From: Leucoraja erinacea
Lineage: Eukaryota
Assembly (NCBI RefSeq): GCF_028641065.1
Contig: NC_073390.1
Span: 31,000,001-31,064,000 of the forward strand
Length of the DNA: 64,000 nucleotides
Reading direction: 5' to 3'
Numbering within the stretch: position 1 is the stretch's first letter; every line of letters begins with the position of its first letter. A program made the position numbers and the translations under genes. The notes below the pieces were generated by a model, which ran no database searches, was not told the DNA's origin, and saw only the letters and a program-made list of their open reading frames with translations. Shown here in pieces: positions 1-14,570 of this stretch.

Positions 1-32
1 CTGGTGGTGGGCATTGCAAAGTTGGAGCACCT
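1..32 (-). CDS. SNED1: Probable next SNED1 exon, truncated by the window edge ((E)VLQLCNAHHQ...)
   Basis: The minus strand reads ttccttaccgacAG|AG GTG CTC CAA CTT TGC AAT GCC CAC CAC CAG. This is a phase-1 acceptor compatible with the previous exon, and CNxxxQ resembles the recalled human segment PCNMNTQC. Only 32 bp are visible. Confidence 0.55.
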
Positions 33-1052
33 CTGTCGGTAAGGAACGACAAAATATTTCAGTTACATTTGGGTTCAGGGCAATGAGATGAAAGTCTGGA
101 ATGGAGGATGCACAAACAATTGCTGGATAAGGTCACAACACCAGAAGTTGAGATTCATAGAACTCTCCACAATTCTCTATCCCCAAGGTTGGTGGAGGTC
201 TTATCTCATGATATATTTAAGGTAGACAGGGAAATATAATTTGAGGAATTGAGGACTATGGAGACTTATCATAGAGGAGGATTGAGCAAAGATCCACCAT
301 GATCATATTGTATGGTGTAGCATGCTTGAGGGTTTAAATGGCCTACTCCTACTCCTGTTTTCATGTGTTCTTGTACTGAAAGACAGTAAGAGAATCGGGA
401 AGGGTGGGATTCGGTGGGAGATAAGCCAGGGTCCCACAATGATCGGCGCTGCACTTTTGTTAATAATTGACCATGATTTAGAACAAGAAAACATATTTGT
501 AAATTTGATGAAAATATCAAGTTGGGTTTGGTGTAAACAGCACCGAGGACAATCGCTCAATGAATAAAGATGTTGACAAACTTGCAACAACTTGCAAAAA
601 TACCATGAACATAATCAACACCATGAACAAATGCAACAAAAGATGATGGTATGAAGTGGACATTGACTATCTGGAAGAGTGCATGCAGAAGGCAGAGCAC
701 TTGCCAGGCATGGAAAAATGTAGGGGAAATACTCAGCGGGGGACAACAGCGGGGAAGAGGCAAAGGGGCGAAAATTGAGTTTACTTAGAAATACTCAGGA
801 ACAGTGCAGCTGCAGAAATATAAATGAAACTAGGATATAAACTGGAACAGTGATATACAATAAAGTCAAGGGTTGAGGTGACCTTTGAAATGCACTGGTA
901 ACAACAGATAGAACTTAATGCAAATCTACTCTGAAAAGCTCAAATGTCAAGGTCCACAGCAGGCACTGTACCAACAGCTGATGCTGGAGTTCCGTTAAGG
1001 TGAGTCTCAGGCTGCTCACAATGCATGTGACCACAGCAGAAGGTACACATAC

Positions 1053-1178
1053 CATTCTCACAGTCACGACCTGTAAACCCCTCCGGACAGTTGCATAAGT
1101 AGCCACCTTCGGTCTCGTTGCAACTACCGCCATTCAGACATGGGTTTGGCTGGCAGGCGTTCAATGTTGTGCTCTCAT
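1053..1178 (-). CDS. SNED1: SNED1 exon 9, EGF-like domain ((D)ESTTLNACQPNPCLNGGSCNETEGGYLCNCPEGFTGRDCEN)
   Basis: Acceptor ctttctccaaAG, donor G|GTATGT, 126 bp, phase 1-1, six-Cys EGF pattern. Confidence 0.92.
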
Positions 1179-1812
1179 CTTTGGAGAAAGTAAAGTCGTG
1201 GCTTAGGATCCTTCAATTAGAACAAAATCCAACTGTGTTTTTCCACCTGGTTGTGTTACGTGCACATTTTTTAATTTCAAAGATATTCTATATTCATAAT
1301 ATTTATAGTAAATACAAGTGCTAGATTTCAGTAAACTTTCCTGCTTCAGAGCAACACAACCCGTTCAGAATAGACCCCTGTCCACACTGAACTTTCATCA
1401 TACCATCAATTCAGTAAATTCTTATACTCTTAACATCACTCATGTTTCTTCCTTACACAACCCTCCACAAACCTTGCAGTATTTGTGAGGCTGTTACTCA
1501 TGACCCAGCCAGCTGAAGAAGAATATCGGCCCGAAACGTTGCCTATTTCCTTCGCTCCATAGATGCTGCTGCACCCACTGAGTTTCTCCAGCACTTATGT
1601 CTACCAGCCCTTCAATATCTACTTTTTTGCAGGAGTTCCCCCACAGAGCCCAGAACCTATTTATATTTAGAGTTATAATATTATAGAGTTGAACGTGTCG
1701 ATGTTGGCTGTACGTTCACTGAGATGAACCAGTGATGAGCTTCCACGCTGCATGCACTGGTACTCACTGACTTGGTTTACTGATCCTGGTTAGAGACGTG
1801 CCCTCCTCTTAC

Positions 1813-1926
1813 CTGTCTCACAGTGTTTTCCAGTGAACGGCTGAAGGCACAGACAGGTGTAATTATCAATCAAGTCAATACACTCTCCTCCATTCAGACA
1901 TGGGTTGGAGTTACACTCATTCGTTT
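1813..1926 (-). CDS. SNED1: SNED1 exon 8, calcium-binding-type EGF ((E)[37 protein letters not shown])
   Basis: Read manually, not in the ORF track. Acceptor tattctAG, donor G|GTAAGA, 114 bp, phase 1-1, six Cys. Confidence 0.93.
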
Positions 1927-2709
1927 CTAGAATACAGGAAAGCACAACATGAGGACCCAAATCTTATGAATTGGGATCCACTTAATACTGAATTTTACAA
2001 AACATATTTATTCCAAATTTTATATGTTGAATGCCCACTTTGACTCCATTAGAATTTCCTCGAGGAAGAGCCCATCTCAAACTACCTCCCAGCACGTGAG
2101 AAAGGGTCTCATTGCAATCGCAGGGTCAATAAAACTTGTTGCTTGCATTACTGGGGAAAAGAAGCACAGAAATTGCAGAAACACCACAAATTTCCACAGT
2201 GTGGCACTCCTCCATCAGACGCCCTCATTGCAGATAGACATTGTTGAAATGAGCTTCCTCTAAACCATCCTGTTAAACACTCCCATGGCAATTCTAGGAT
2301 GTAGACTCAGTCCAACTCCCTTTAATCCAACAATACCTAATGTTGCTACATCCCAAAGGGGAGTAAAGAGCAAGATCCATCTACACTGCCGCAGCCAAAT
2401 CTCCTGAGCCAGGGATATAGCACTAGCTCAGACTGTCCACACTGACCCTTCAGTTCTTTCCCAGTCTTAAAATTCAAACATTGTTTTGGCAGCAAATGGA
2501 TTCTGAAGTGTGCCTTTCAGTCTGTATTCCTCTTTTTTTCCCACATACTTATGAAACTCATCAGCAATTAAAAAAAACTAGAGGGTGAGGTACAAGTAGT
2601 AAAGCTTAAACCAACAGGACAGGAAGCATAAAAAAAATGAGGATGAAAGAAATGGCAAATGACCATTGGTGAGATAAAGAGCAAGAGTTAGAGTGAAAGA
2701 ATGTGTATG

Positions 2710-2750
2710 TGAGAGAGGGAGAGAGAGAGAGCGAGAGAGAGAGAGATAGA
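2710..2750. repeat. (GA)n microsatellite
   Basis: Directly visible. Confidence 0.9.
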
Positions 2751-2769
2751 TCCTGCACTCATATTTATA

Positions 2770-3745
2770 TGGTCCATCACTGACACGTCCTTTCTTTTTC
2801 TGGATCTCTGTGTCTCCATCTTAACCACTGACATCATTCACAATCCCACATACTTCCACAGCTACCTTACTATACATCATCTCCTCTGCTTCCAGCAAAG
2901 GCACCCTTCATTTCTCCCAACGTCTTTGCCTCTGTCATATTTGTTCCAATGATGAAGCTTTCCACCTCTGAAATGTCCTCTTTCTTCCAAAAATGTGGCT
3001 TACCCTATGCATCAAAGCTTTGAACCACATTTCCTCCCTGCATGTCTGCTCTCACCCCCTTTCCACTGGGCAGGTCACAGATAGAATTAGCCTTCCACCT
3101 CACCAGCCTTGGCCTTTAACATATAATCCTTTAACATATAATCCTTTATAATTTCCGTTGGCTCCAACATGATCCCATCACCAGAAACATCTTCTCCTCT
3201 TCTATCCTTTCTGCATTTGACAGGAATCACTCACTTCATCACTTCTTGGTCTATTCGTCCATCCTCGCTCACCGCTCCCCATCCCAGTGCACCTTCCAAC
3301 GCAACTGGAGGAGATGCAAGACATGTTCTTTCACTTCTTCCCTTCCAACCATTCAAGGACACAAACAATCAGTCCAGGAGAAGCTGTGATTCACTTGCAC
3401 TTCGTTGAACGTTGAATGTTCCAAATCCAGTTAAACTGCTCTCCCATTGATTCCCATTATCATGCTTATGTCCCGTCTCATCCTATTTCTTTAAAATGTC
3501 TCACTGACAGTCAGTATTTATGTTCCATATCACCCGATCTGTCTTCACTAATACCTTAACCCTCATTCTCCCCCCCCCCCCCCCCCCCCCCCAGCCCACC
3601 TGATCTGCCTTAAAAACTGACACGCCTCCACCACTCTCCACGTTCTGAGGAAGGGTCTCTGACCCACAACATTAACTGATTCCTCCTTCCACATATGCTG
3701 CTTGACAGGCTGAGCTCTCCCAACATTTATGTTTTGGTTATTGAC
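2770..3745 (+). mobile_element. Degenerate Penelope-like fragment
   Basis: Similar to the 59086-59720 piece and ends in the shared tail (ctgaggaagggtc...tgctgcttgac...ctccc). Boundaries approximate. Confidence 0.55.
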
Positions 3746-3915
3746 TTCCTGCCTGTTAATATTGGCTGGGTTTAATGATCAGGAGAGCAGCCCAACTGGC
3801 TTTTGCCCAGGTGCTGAAACTATGGATTATTATGTGACATTGAGGGAGGAAGATAAACATAGGTCCATGCAGAGCAAAAAAAAAGTGACTGGCAGAAATG
3901 TACACTTAGAGATTA

Positions 3916-4104
<189 letters not shown>

Positions 4105-4219
4105 TTAGAGACATAAGCAACTTACTGACAGAGACCAGGTCATCTTACATGTGTTAGAATATAGGCCCTGTGTATTAAACTTAGACACCATGTCAGTAAC
4201 AGTTTGAAACATTTTAGCA

Positions 4220-4730
4220 TTGCGAGCAGTTTTGGGCCCCATTTCTGAGGAAGGATGTGCTGGCATCAGAAAGGGTCCAGAGGAGGTTTACTAGAATGAT
4301 CCCAGGAATGTTTGGGTTAACATGTGATGAGCGTTTGAAGGCACTGGGCCTCTACTCATATAGTTTAGAAGAATGAGGGGGAACCTCATTGAAACTTACC
4401 GAATAGTGAAAGGTCTGGATATAGTGAATGCGAAGAGGATGTTTCCACTAGTGGGTGAGTCTAGGACCAGAGGCCATAGCCTCAGAATAAAAGGACGTAC
4501 CTTTAAAAAGATGAGGAGGAGTTTCTTTAGTCAGGTGAATCGGTGGAATTCATTCCCACAGATGGCTGTAGCCTAGTCAATGGATATTTTTAAGGTGATG
4601 ATTAACAGATTCTTGATTATTAAGAGTGTCAAGGGTTATGAGGAGAATATAGGAGAATGGGGTTGAGAGGGAAAGATAGATCATCCATGATTGAATGGCA
4701 GAGTATGCTTGATGGGCCGAATGACCTAAT
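4220..4730 (+). mobile_element. CR1 LINE 3' fragment
   Basis: MRGNLIETYRIVKGLD...SRTRGHSLRIKG plus the 3' tail. Confidence 0.85.
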
Positions 4731-6334
4731 TGCCCATAGAACCCATGAACATTTTAGCTTTGATTTCTGGCATTCTGAATCATCTCAAAATGTATTTGTA
4801 TAATCAAACTCAGCATAACCCAGTTACCCAATGTTATTGTGAGTCATCTGATTATTATTCTATGCCCTGCTTAGTATTGCCTCATAACACTATGTCTCCA
4901 CAGCTTCTCCATCATAACATTACTCTTTTGGAACCAAGTTCCCAAAGAATATTGTTAATGCTCTGCTGTTGCACTCTGCTCAGTGTAGGCTTTGACACCA
5001 TGCTCTGTTACACTGTGATTCCCTTGCTCTGTATGCTCAGGAATACTCACCAATCTCACAGTGCTTCCCGGTAAAGCCTATTAGGCACTTGCAGCTATAT
5101 GCATCAATTCCATCGATGCACATGCCTCCATTTTGGCAGATATTTGACGCACAATCATCGATATCTTAACAAGAGAGGGGACAGTTGAAAACAGTTTTAT
5201 GAGACAGAAAAGAGTCCTTCGAACACTACTCTCTCCGAGTCCAAGTATGCTTTTTAGAATGCACATATTTGGCATTGCACCATTGCCAATAGCAGAGGAT
5301 AAAAGATTGAAGGCAAAACCTGTCACACATTGATATCAGCGGACTATATTTGTTTATTTATTGAGTATGCGTGACTGTGTATATATACACACTGAATGTT
5401 TTTTCCCCCATTGTGTACTATGTGTACATGTTCTGTTGTGCTGCAGCAAGTAAGAATTTCATTGTCCTATCCGAGACAATTGACAATAAAACACTCTTGA
5501 CTACCTGGTTTCTTTTCGCAGTGGTAAAAATGTTGAGTGACAATGCAGGGTTTTAAAACAAGTCTTAAAGAAGGAGTGAGGGATATGGTGACCGTGGGAA
5601 AGTGAAGGCAAGGTGAAATGAAAGGAATAAGCCCAGGGGTGCATGTGATGGTAATGTTAAAGCAGTCTGGTCCAAAAAAAGACAGTCGTTTTAATGAAGA
5701 TTGAGTCATTGTGATGTTTCTTAGCCAATAAAAGAAGATGGCTTTAGTCTACAACTAAATATGGTATTGGAACACCAGGGCTGAATTGTGCAGAACTATC
5801 TGAGGACACAAAGCAGATGAAGGGTCTGAATGGTAAAATCTCCTCCCCAAGGCTTTTCTGTGACCGTACGTATTCTGCAGCCTCCCCTTTCTTTCGGCAG
5901 AATCGTTGCATGCCACCAGATAGAGCCCAGTTGCTTTATGCTTTTTGTGTGTGACTGTCCACCTCTGGTATGTACGGAAGGGCCAAATGGTGGCTACTCT
6001 TCATACCAATGTCGAGGAACTGGCCCTGAAATCTCACAGCCCAGTCTGGGAATCTGATCTGTATTCAGAGATTAAAATAGGAAAACACTCATTTTAACAT
6101 GGATACCATCAATAGAAAAAACACAGCATTGCAGTCCAGGACATTACAATCATAAACCATGGGATATGAACTAACAGATTCCCAACCGGATGATGGTCCC
6201 TCTTAGAGTGACTTATCTATTACATTTTGTAGTAATAGTTCAATGCAATGCTCATGATTTTAAAGATGGCTATGAACCTTTAGTCCACCAGAATCGCAAA
6301 GCAGCAAACTAAAGGAATGTAAACTCGTCCACAC

Positions 6335-6448
6335 CTTTTTCGCAAATCACTCCTGTGTACCCAGCAGTGCACTGGCAAGTGTAGGCATTTTGTCCATCCA
6401 AGCACGTCCCACCATTGTGACAGGGGTATGAAGCACACTCATCAATGT
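6335..6448 (-). CDS. SNED1: SNED1 exon 6, calcium-binding EGF ((D)IDECASYPCHNGGTCLDGQNAYTCQCTAGYTGVICEK)
   Basis: Read manually. Acceptor ttttccAG, donor G|GTGTGG, 114 bp, DIDEC cbEGF start. Confidence 0.93.
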
Positions 6449-7022
6449 CTGGAAAACATGATGGAAGGTGAAAAACCAATGAAATGTGTGCAGTCCATAC
6501 ACCAATAGGAGTATTCCAGTTAGCTCAGAGTACCACTGCCATAATCAAGATGAGTGTATCTCCTCAAACACAATGATCACAACTTCCCACTAAACCACCC
6601 CCTGCCCCATTCATCTAAATCCCATCCCTTCACCTCTCCTTCTCCCTTATCCGTCTCATTCACTGCACCTCACACCTCCCCATGCAACACCTCATCTCCC
6701 CATCTCATCCCTCACCTCCCCATCTGACCACCCCATTCCACCCTCTTCATCTCCCCCATTCTGCCCCCTTAAATCATTCCACCTCTTCATCTCCTCCACC
6801 TTATCCGTTTGTTACTCAATTCACCCATTCATCTTCCCCATGCTATCCCCATTTCCCCATCTCACTAACTCACTTCCTTTTATCTAACTCGGTGCCAATA
6901 ATCTTACTACTGGACCTCATCAATCCCAGCACCCTTAGTAGGGTACTCTTCTCATTGGCACCAAATCTCAGCCCCATCTCATCTTCACACATTGTTCCCA
7001 CACACGTCAATTTCACAGCTCA

Positions 7023-7301
<279 letters not shown>

Positions 7302-7349
7302 TTAACGGCTCACCAACTCAAACCTTTCTATTACCCATGTCATGGCATT

Positions 7350-7855
7350 ACAGAGTTATATAGCATAGAAACAGACCCAGGGACCACTGGGCTTTCACCT
7401 ACAATAGAATACCCATACATATCCTGTGTTTCGGCAATTCAAGTACAGTACTTGCCTAGATTCTGAAACAGTTGAGAGTACCTGTTTCTACCACCCTCTC
7501 ACTCAGACGGGTGAAAACATATTTCCTTATTTCATCTCTAAGCCTCTTACTCCTTCCCTAATACCTATGCCCCTTATCTTAGACTTCTCCGTCATGGGTA
7601 AAGGTTTCTTTACTATTTACCCGATCTATGCTCCTCATGATTTTGTACACGTGTCAGATCCCCAAATCAGTTTCTTCTGCTCCAAGAGAAACAAACCCAA
7701 CCTGTCCAGACTCTCATCATAACTGAGATACTCCATCTCTGGCAACATGTGATGAATCTCCTCTGCAGCCCCTCCAGGATAAGCACGCTCTTCCTGTATT
7801 GTGATGACCAGAACTGCACACAATGTTCCAGGGATTGCCTCACCAATGTTACAAT
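7350..7855 (-). mobile_element. CR1 LINE 3' fragment (degenerate)
   Basis: LVRQSLEHCVQFWS...LEGLQRRF and RLGLFLLEQ motifs. Confidence 0.75.
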
Positions 7856-8417
7856 TTTAAATCTCCACCCCAACGCTCTAAAATTCACAAGAAATCTGCT
7901 TTCTCCAAGAGAATTCATGTTTCCAATAATAGAAACCTCACCAGCTTAGCTGCCTGGGAACTGAGACGTGCCGCAGGGCTCACGGTTACATTTCAAAGCA
8001 AATATTAGCGGCTGGAAGTTGTACGAGATACCCAGCATGTAGATCCATCATAAGCCTAGAGCAGTATTGCAGCATAATTTAATGCCAGCTGCTTCCCAAC
8101 CCATATATAATTTAATTCACTCAATAGCCCATCCTATTCTTTTATCAGCTATCCTACCCTTCACTCCCTCATCCCACCTCTCACCCATTCTTTACTCATC
8201 CGCCTCTGTCATCCCCACCACACCTCCTCATCTCTCCATTTCATCCCTGACCTTCCCTTTCGCTCTGTCACACCCCTCACATCCACATCGCACGCTCTCC
8301 CCTCACCATGAACTTACCCTTTCACTTTCCCATCTTACCCACTCACCTCTTACACCATCCCACGCTCAACTTTAATCTTAGTCTCACCTCTTCACCTCCC
8401 AGTCCCACTTATTTTTC

Positions 8418-8448
8418 CTGAAGAAGGGTCTCGACCCGAAACGTCACT
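8418..8448 (+). ncRNA. Minimal hammerhead-ribozyme-like motif
   Basis: Reads CUGAAGA-A-GGGUCUCGACCC-GAAA-CGUC-ACU. The 5' strand of stem I is missing, apparently through truncation. Confidence 0.45.
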
Positions 8449-11087
8449 CCAGAAATGCTGCCAGTCAAGCTTTTTGTGTCTATTTCCACTTATTCATCTC
8501 ATCCTCTTACCTCTCCTTTCCAGTCCTTCATCCCAAAAAATAAAGTTTGGGCACGGGACCTGTGTTCCTGACTCTTTCCAGAGCTCAATAAACTCTAACT
8601 ATCCACAAATGCCAAATCAAATAGGCTTTTAGATGGATGGCAGTCCACCAAGCCAGAATTGAGGCACAAAACTGCACCTTAAACACAGTCAATTAATAAA
8701 TAATAGCTTTCATCCCGTATTTATTAGTCCTATATAAGTCTTACATGAAGTTCATTGGTATGCGCAATTAAGACTTTACATAGAAGAATTTATTAATGAC
8801 AGAGGCAACATTCCAAAAATGTATAACATTTCCACTTGTGGTGCAAGATGAGTGGATGCTAAACTGCCTGAAGCTCATACAGCCTGGCCTCACAGCTCTA
8901 GTGGCCCAAGTTCAATCCTGACCATTGTATGACCTTTGCACGTAGCCAATGGCTTTCCTCCATCTATCCTGGATCCCTTCGAATTCTAAAGAAATATTGA
9001 TAAGTTAATTGGCTACTGAAAATTATGCCTCAATGCAGTTGGAGGCAAAATGACCACCCTCATAACTTCACCAGTACCAGACCACCTGATGTCTGTGCAA
9101 CAGTACCATATAACTCTCAAAAAGAGTATCAGATCAACCTACATCATTAGGACCAACTTGCGTTCCTGGAAGCAGCAGCCCACATCCATAGGACGGTGCC
9201 AGCTATACCCTGTCCCCAGATCGATGCCTTACGTAATCAATATCAGACTATTCAATAGCACTGGAACACTGTCAGACTACCAGCAGTTACTGAAATAGAA
9301 CAAGGCAACATCATAAAACTAGAACAGTATTGGAACACCCCATTGCATGACCACACTTTCAAACCACCTCACATTACTAGGAGGGAACTAATCCAGTCCA
9401 TAGAGTCATAGGGAAATAAAGCATGGAAACAGGCCCCACAGCCCAGCTCGTCCATGCTGACCACGATGCCCCATCTAAGCTCTCCACATCTAACTGCATA
9501 GAATTTAGAAGAGAACACGATAATATGCCTTTCGGCCCACAATGCCTGTGCCGAACATGATGACTAATACTTATCTGCCTGCACATAATTCATATTCTTC
9601 CATTCCTTTAATATCCATATGCCTATCCAAAAGTCTCTTAAATGCCACTTGTGTATCTGCCTCAACCACCATCCCAGCAGAGCAATCCAGGCACTCACCA
9701 CCCTCTGTGTAATAAAACGTGTCCCTCACATCTCCAATAAACGTTGCCACTCTCCTCTTAAAGCTATGCCCTCTTGCATTTGACTGTCCATCCTATCTAT
9801 GCCTCTTATAATTTTATATGCTTCTACCAGTCCACATCACTCAATAGCAAATTAGTTCAGTCCATATAATTTGGATAGAAATAGTTCAATCTACATCATA
9901 TATGAGAGAACTAGTCATGTCAACATTGCAAGGAGCAAACTATTACTGTCCACATCAATAGGAGAGAATTATTGTGGTCTACATCACTAGACCAAGACCA
10001 GGTCAAGGCCTTTCGAGTAATGTACCACATCACCCCAGGTCACCAGAACAGACAATACCAAGTCATAAGAGCATCTGTAGAGGAAATGGACAGATGATGT
10101 TTCGTGTCAGAACCCTTCTTCAGACATAGTTTCTCCAGCAGCTTATTTTTCACTTAAGATTCCGATATCTGCTGTTTCTTGAGTCTTAATTTGAACTTGA
10201 TTGCAGATATATTGTTTGGTTTACAAATGTCTGAAGTTTTGTATTGATTGTCATTTAATTATGTAATAAACTTTCTTTTGTAGAAAACATGTCACTTAAA
10301 CAGTATCAGACTCTACCCCTTCACTTCACCAGTACAGAGCAGGAAGACATCAGCAGCCAAGTATGCCCATCACATATCAATAGATAATGGCAGATAGCCA
10401 TTCGACTGAATATTGCAAGAGCAGACCACATCCCTAGAACAAGGTTACAATGCCTCATCAGCACACCGAGGCATCGCAGAACAGTGCCAGACCCAACACG
10501 TTTACTAGCGCACTGCTAACCCGCCTTACAACATAAGAAAAGTGTAGGACGACCCCATATCATGAGTACAAAACCATCCCATCCTATAATAGTACAACAG
10601 TGTCACATCACTGACAACAGACAAGACAATGCCACAGCTTCAGGCCAAGATATGCTACTCCACATCACTAGAAAAAAAAACAGATTACTGCTCCAACGCT
10701 CTATTCAATGTTCATTTGAAAAAGACTTAAGGCTGCATTTTCTCAAACCACAATAACAGCTATGGATCAAACGTCAGTAAACAGTACCAGACCTCCAAAA
10801 CTTTACTGGAACATTACCACATGTTAATGGAGCAGTGTGAGACCACACAACCGTACGTGAACAATAACAGACCACAATATATCACCAAAACACCTACAGA
10901 CCACCCCACAACACCTTACAGTTCCAGGCTTCCAAATCGCTCAAACGGTACCAAACCATCTCACATGTTAGAATAGGCCAACACACAAAATGAAAACAAA
11001 ATTACATTAAATCGCAAGAACCATATCAGACCACCCTATATAACTGCAACATCCCGGATCACAAAGAGAACAGCAGACCAGATCACA

Positions 11088-11397
11088 GGGCGGCACAGTA
11101 GCGTAGAGGTAGAGTTACTGCCTTACAGCATCAGAGACCCGGGTTCGACCCTGACTATGGGTCCTATCTGTACTCAGTTTGTATGTTTTCCCGGTGGGTT
11201 TCCATGGGTTTTTTCCCGAATGTTCCAATTCCTCCTAAACTCCAAAGATGTACCAATTTGTATGGTAATTGGCTTTGGTAAAATTGTAAATTGTCCCTAG
11301 TGTGTAGGATGTTGGTAGTACATGGGGAGATCACTGGTTGGCATGCACTCACTGGTTCGAAGGGTCCGTATTTCTATGCTGTTTCTCTAAAGTAAAG
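11088..11397 (+). mobile_element. tRNA-derived SINE (HE1/V-SINE-like)
   Basis: A-box-like ggcacagtagcgtagaggt, B-box ggttcgaccc, central V-domain-like sequence and a CR1-type tail. Confidence 0.75.
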
Positions 11398-12139
11398 ATT
11401 AAATGAGTCAGTTGGATGATACCAGACCTTCCACACCTTTTGAACAGCCTCTGTGTCCATTGTATGTGTGGATCACCTGAGCATCATAACACAATGAGGG
11501 CCCCCACAACACATAAGCAGTACATGGCCATTTATCTCCGTTGGCCACGACACATTGGTAGAACAGCTACAGACCTTCCCACATCACAAGTACACCTCCA
11601 GGACTTCACATCACTGGAACCTTTCAACAAACTCTACATTGCTCAGTTGTAGCAGCCTCTCCATATCATTAGAATTATACAAGACTACCAAAACCAATTG
11701 AAACCTCACATCACTAGAACAGTATCACACCAGCCCACGTTACTAGCAAGTTCATGAAGCTTTGATGACAGGAATATTGGCAGCTGACATCTTCCAGGGT
11801 TCACAAATATGTCAAGATGAGGGGAAACTATTGCAACCAGCAAACTGAATGTCAAGTTGTTATTGTTGTTTATGAAGCTATTTAAAATTGTACAAATTAA
11901 ACGTGAATCACTCTGTTTGTGCGATATATAATAAATATACAGACTGTGTTATCCCTGTGAAATTCTGGTGTGTGCAGATGAATAACCAAACTTAGGATGG
12001 TAATGCCCATCCATCTGGAAAAATAATTTAGTTTTGCCTAATGTTGCCTTCAATGGCATTTGCTGATTGGTGGATGAGCAGGTGTGGAATTGTCCAGGGT
12101 CACTATCCAGAAGTATCTGTTCTGTGTGAGCATCAGTTG

Positions 12140-12452
12140 GGTAGCACAGTGATGCAGCTGGCAGAACAGCCACCTCATAGTGCCAGACACCCAGGTTCGA
12201 TCTAACATTAGGTGCTGTTTGCATGGAGTTTGCACATTCTCCATGTGACTGCATAGATTTCCTCAGGGTGTTCTGGTTTTGTCCCACATCCCAAAGATGT
12301 GTGGGTTTGTAGGTTAATTGGCTACTGTAAAGGGTGCATAGGGTATGGATGAGAAAGTGAGATAACATAAAATTAATGTGAGTGGAAGATCGATGGTTGG
12401 CAAGGACTTGGTGGACCGAAGGATATCTGGTTCCATGCTATATCTCTAAATT
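12140..12452 (+). mobile_element. tRNA-derived SINE (same family)
   Basis: Similar to 11088-11397 (ggttcgatct; tggagtttgcacattctcc). Confidence 0.7.
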
Positions 12453-12551
12453 AAACAAACCTGCTCAAATATTCTTCACATTCCCTCACTGTGTTGGCAA
12501 CCGAGGTCAGGTCTCATACAGTACATCTAGAATGGATGAATGCATAAAGTA

Positions 12552-13589
12552 GGTATGTTGCAAAACCTACCTGAATCGTCGCTGAGAATCTGCCCCAGCC
12601 CGTGTGCGCGATTTTGGCGCTGATTAGAGGGGGCGGGTTTAAAACGCGATTTTTACTAGGCTGTTCCAATCGAAGATGTTCAGCCTAGTAAATCATTAAC
12701 GAAAAATTGCTGAAAGACCCCGTCGCAAAAGGTATTATTAGTTTTATAGGCCTCGAATAATAGTTATAATAGTTTTAAAATCACTCTCTCAACCCGCGAC
12801 CTCTCGCAGCCCCAGGGTTTTATAAAGCAAACAATTAAAGGTATGTACCTTATTTTTACATTAAAAGGGGATTCTTAAGACCCCTTTATACAAAGTTTAC
12901 TATAGCGAGTAGTTCATTTTGGGCTCTTTATATCCCGCAGTATTTTTATGGGCATTTGAGGGCACAAATCCAGCACAATGTGAACGTTCTAAACCAGCGC
13001 GTTCACAGGAACCCACTAGAAAGCTGATTTAAAATGGACTTTAATTTGCAGCAATTGAACACTAAATTCCTTCCTTCTGGCCTATAAATTGATGTAAATA
13101 AGATTTAAAAATCATGTTTTATTGTGAATTATTTGTGAATATTATTTGGACACTTAGGCTATTTAAAAATGTTAATCATTTATTAAGAAATGGATAGATG
13201 TTTAGATCTAGTAATTGAAGTTTGAAATTAGCTACAATTGGGTAACTAACTAATTATATGCTTTAATTTCAGGTCATCCAAGTAAGATTATTTGATATAT
13301 TTGTTTCAGAATGGTTCAATCTATGATAACTGAAAATTTCATTCAGTTCTCTTAATTTTTAAGAAGGTTATGGGCTTTTGACTGTCCATGATCGCAGCGT
13401 TTTTGTTATGTCCATAGAAAATCAATAGGGAACAAGATGCTAATTTCTGAGTATGAAAATGGCCATAACGTTTTTATTACTTGAGATATGAAAGTGAATT
13501 AGGTGTCAAATTAAACTTCTTTTTATGCTTTATCTGATGGGATAAATTGCAGACTTGATTTTTTAAATCTCAAAATGTTGTAACATTGC
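12552..13589. mobile_element. Non-autonomous DNA transposon (~1 kb) with TA target site
   Basis: Imperfect short TIRs ggtatgttgcaa / ttgtaacattgc, TA on both sides, and an abrupt compositional change (CpG-rich left end, AT-rich body). No ORF. Confidence 0.5.
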
Positions 13590-13897
13590 TAAATAAAGGC
13601 ATGTTCTCACCAAAAGTAATGAGACATATATTTGTTTTTGTGATGCTGATTAAGGTATAAATATTGGCCAGGAGAGTGATAACACCCCTGCTCTAAATTG
13701 TGCCAAATGATACCCATTCAAGAAGGGAAACTGGCACCATCTAATGTCTCATCTTAAAAACACATCATCAAACAATGCTGCCTTTCTTGGTGGCGTGTGC
13801 CAAGATTGAGACTTGGACCCACTACCTCCTAACTCAAAGATAAGAATGTTGAGGTTGAGTAAGGTTTGCAGACTATTGTCCTGTTATTGCCCTCTCA

Positions 13898-14347
<450 letters not shown>

Positions 14348-14570
14348 TTAAGGCATGTTGAGGTCATTTAGATGCCCCATCCTTCCTCTCTTGCCCAGGA
14401 GCAGCTCATTGAACACAAGCCAAGCAATTGAGGCCGGCACCTCTGTGTGTTTCGGTGATGCATTACAAGAGGAATTTACCCATTAGTCCTCCATGCAGCA
14501 TGTGGCTTTCACTTTCACATGTGGTTAAATTTAGTGGCTGCCTGCCAACAACTCAGAGGTAATGGCAAAT

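Noticed and set aside
11088-11165. tRNA-like sequence
   Set aside because: It is the tRNA-derived head of a SINE followed by SINE body sequence, not a complete cloverleaf gene.
9290-11750. Loose recurring motif (cacatcactagaacagtaccagac-like); similar loose periodicity at ~43560-45480 and ~47570-48340
   Set aside because: Probably very old degenerate minisatellites. I could not define a unit or boundaries reliably by eye.
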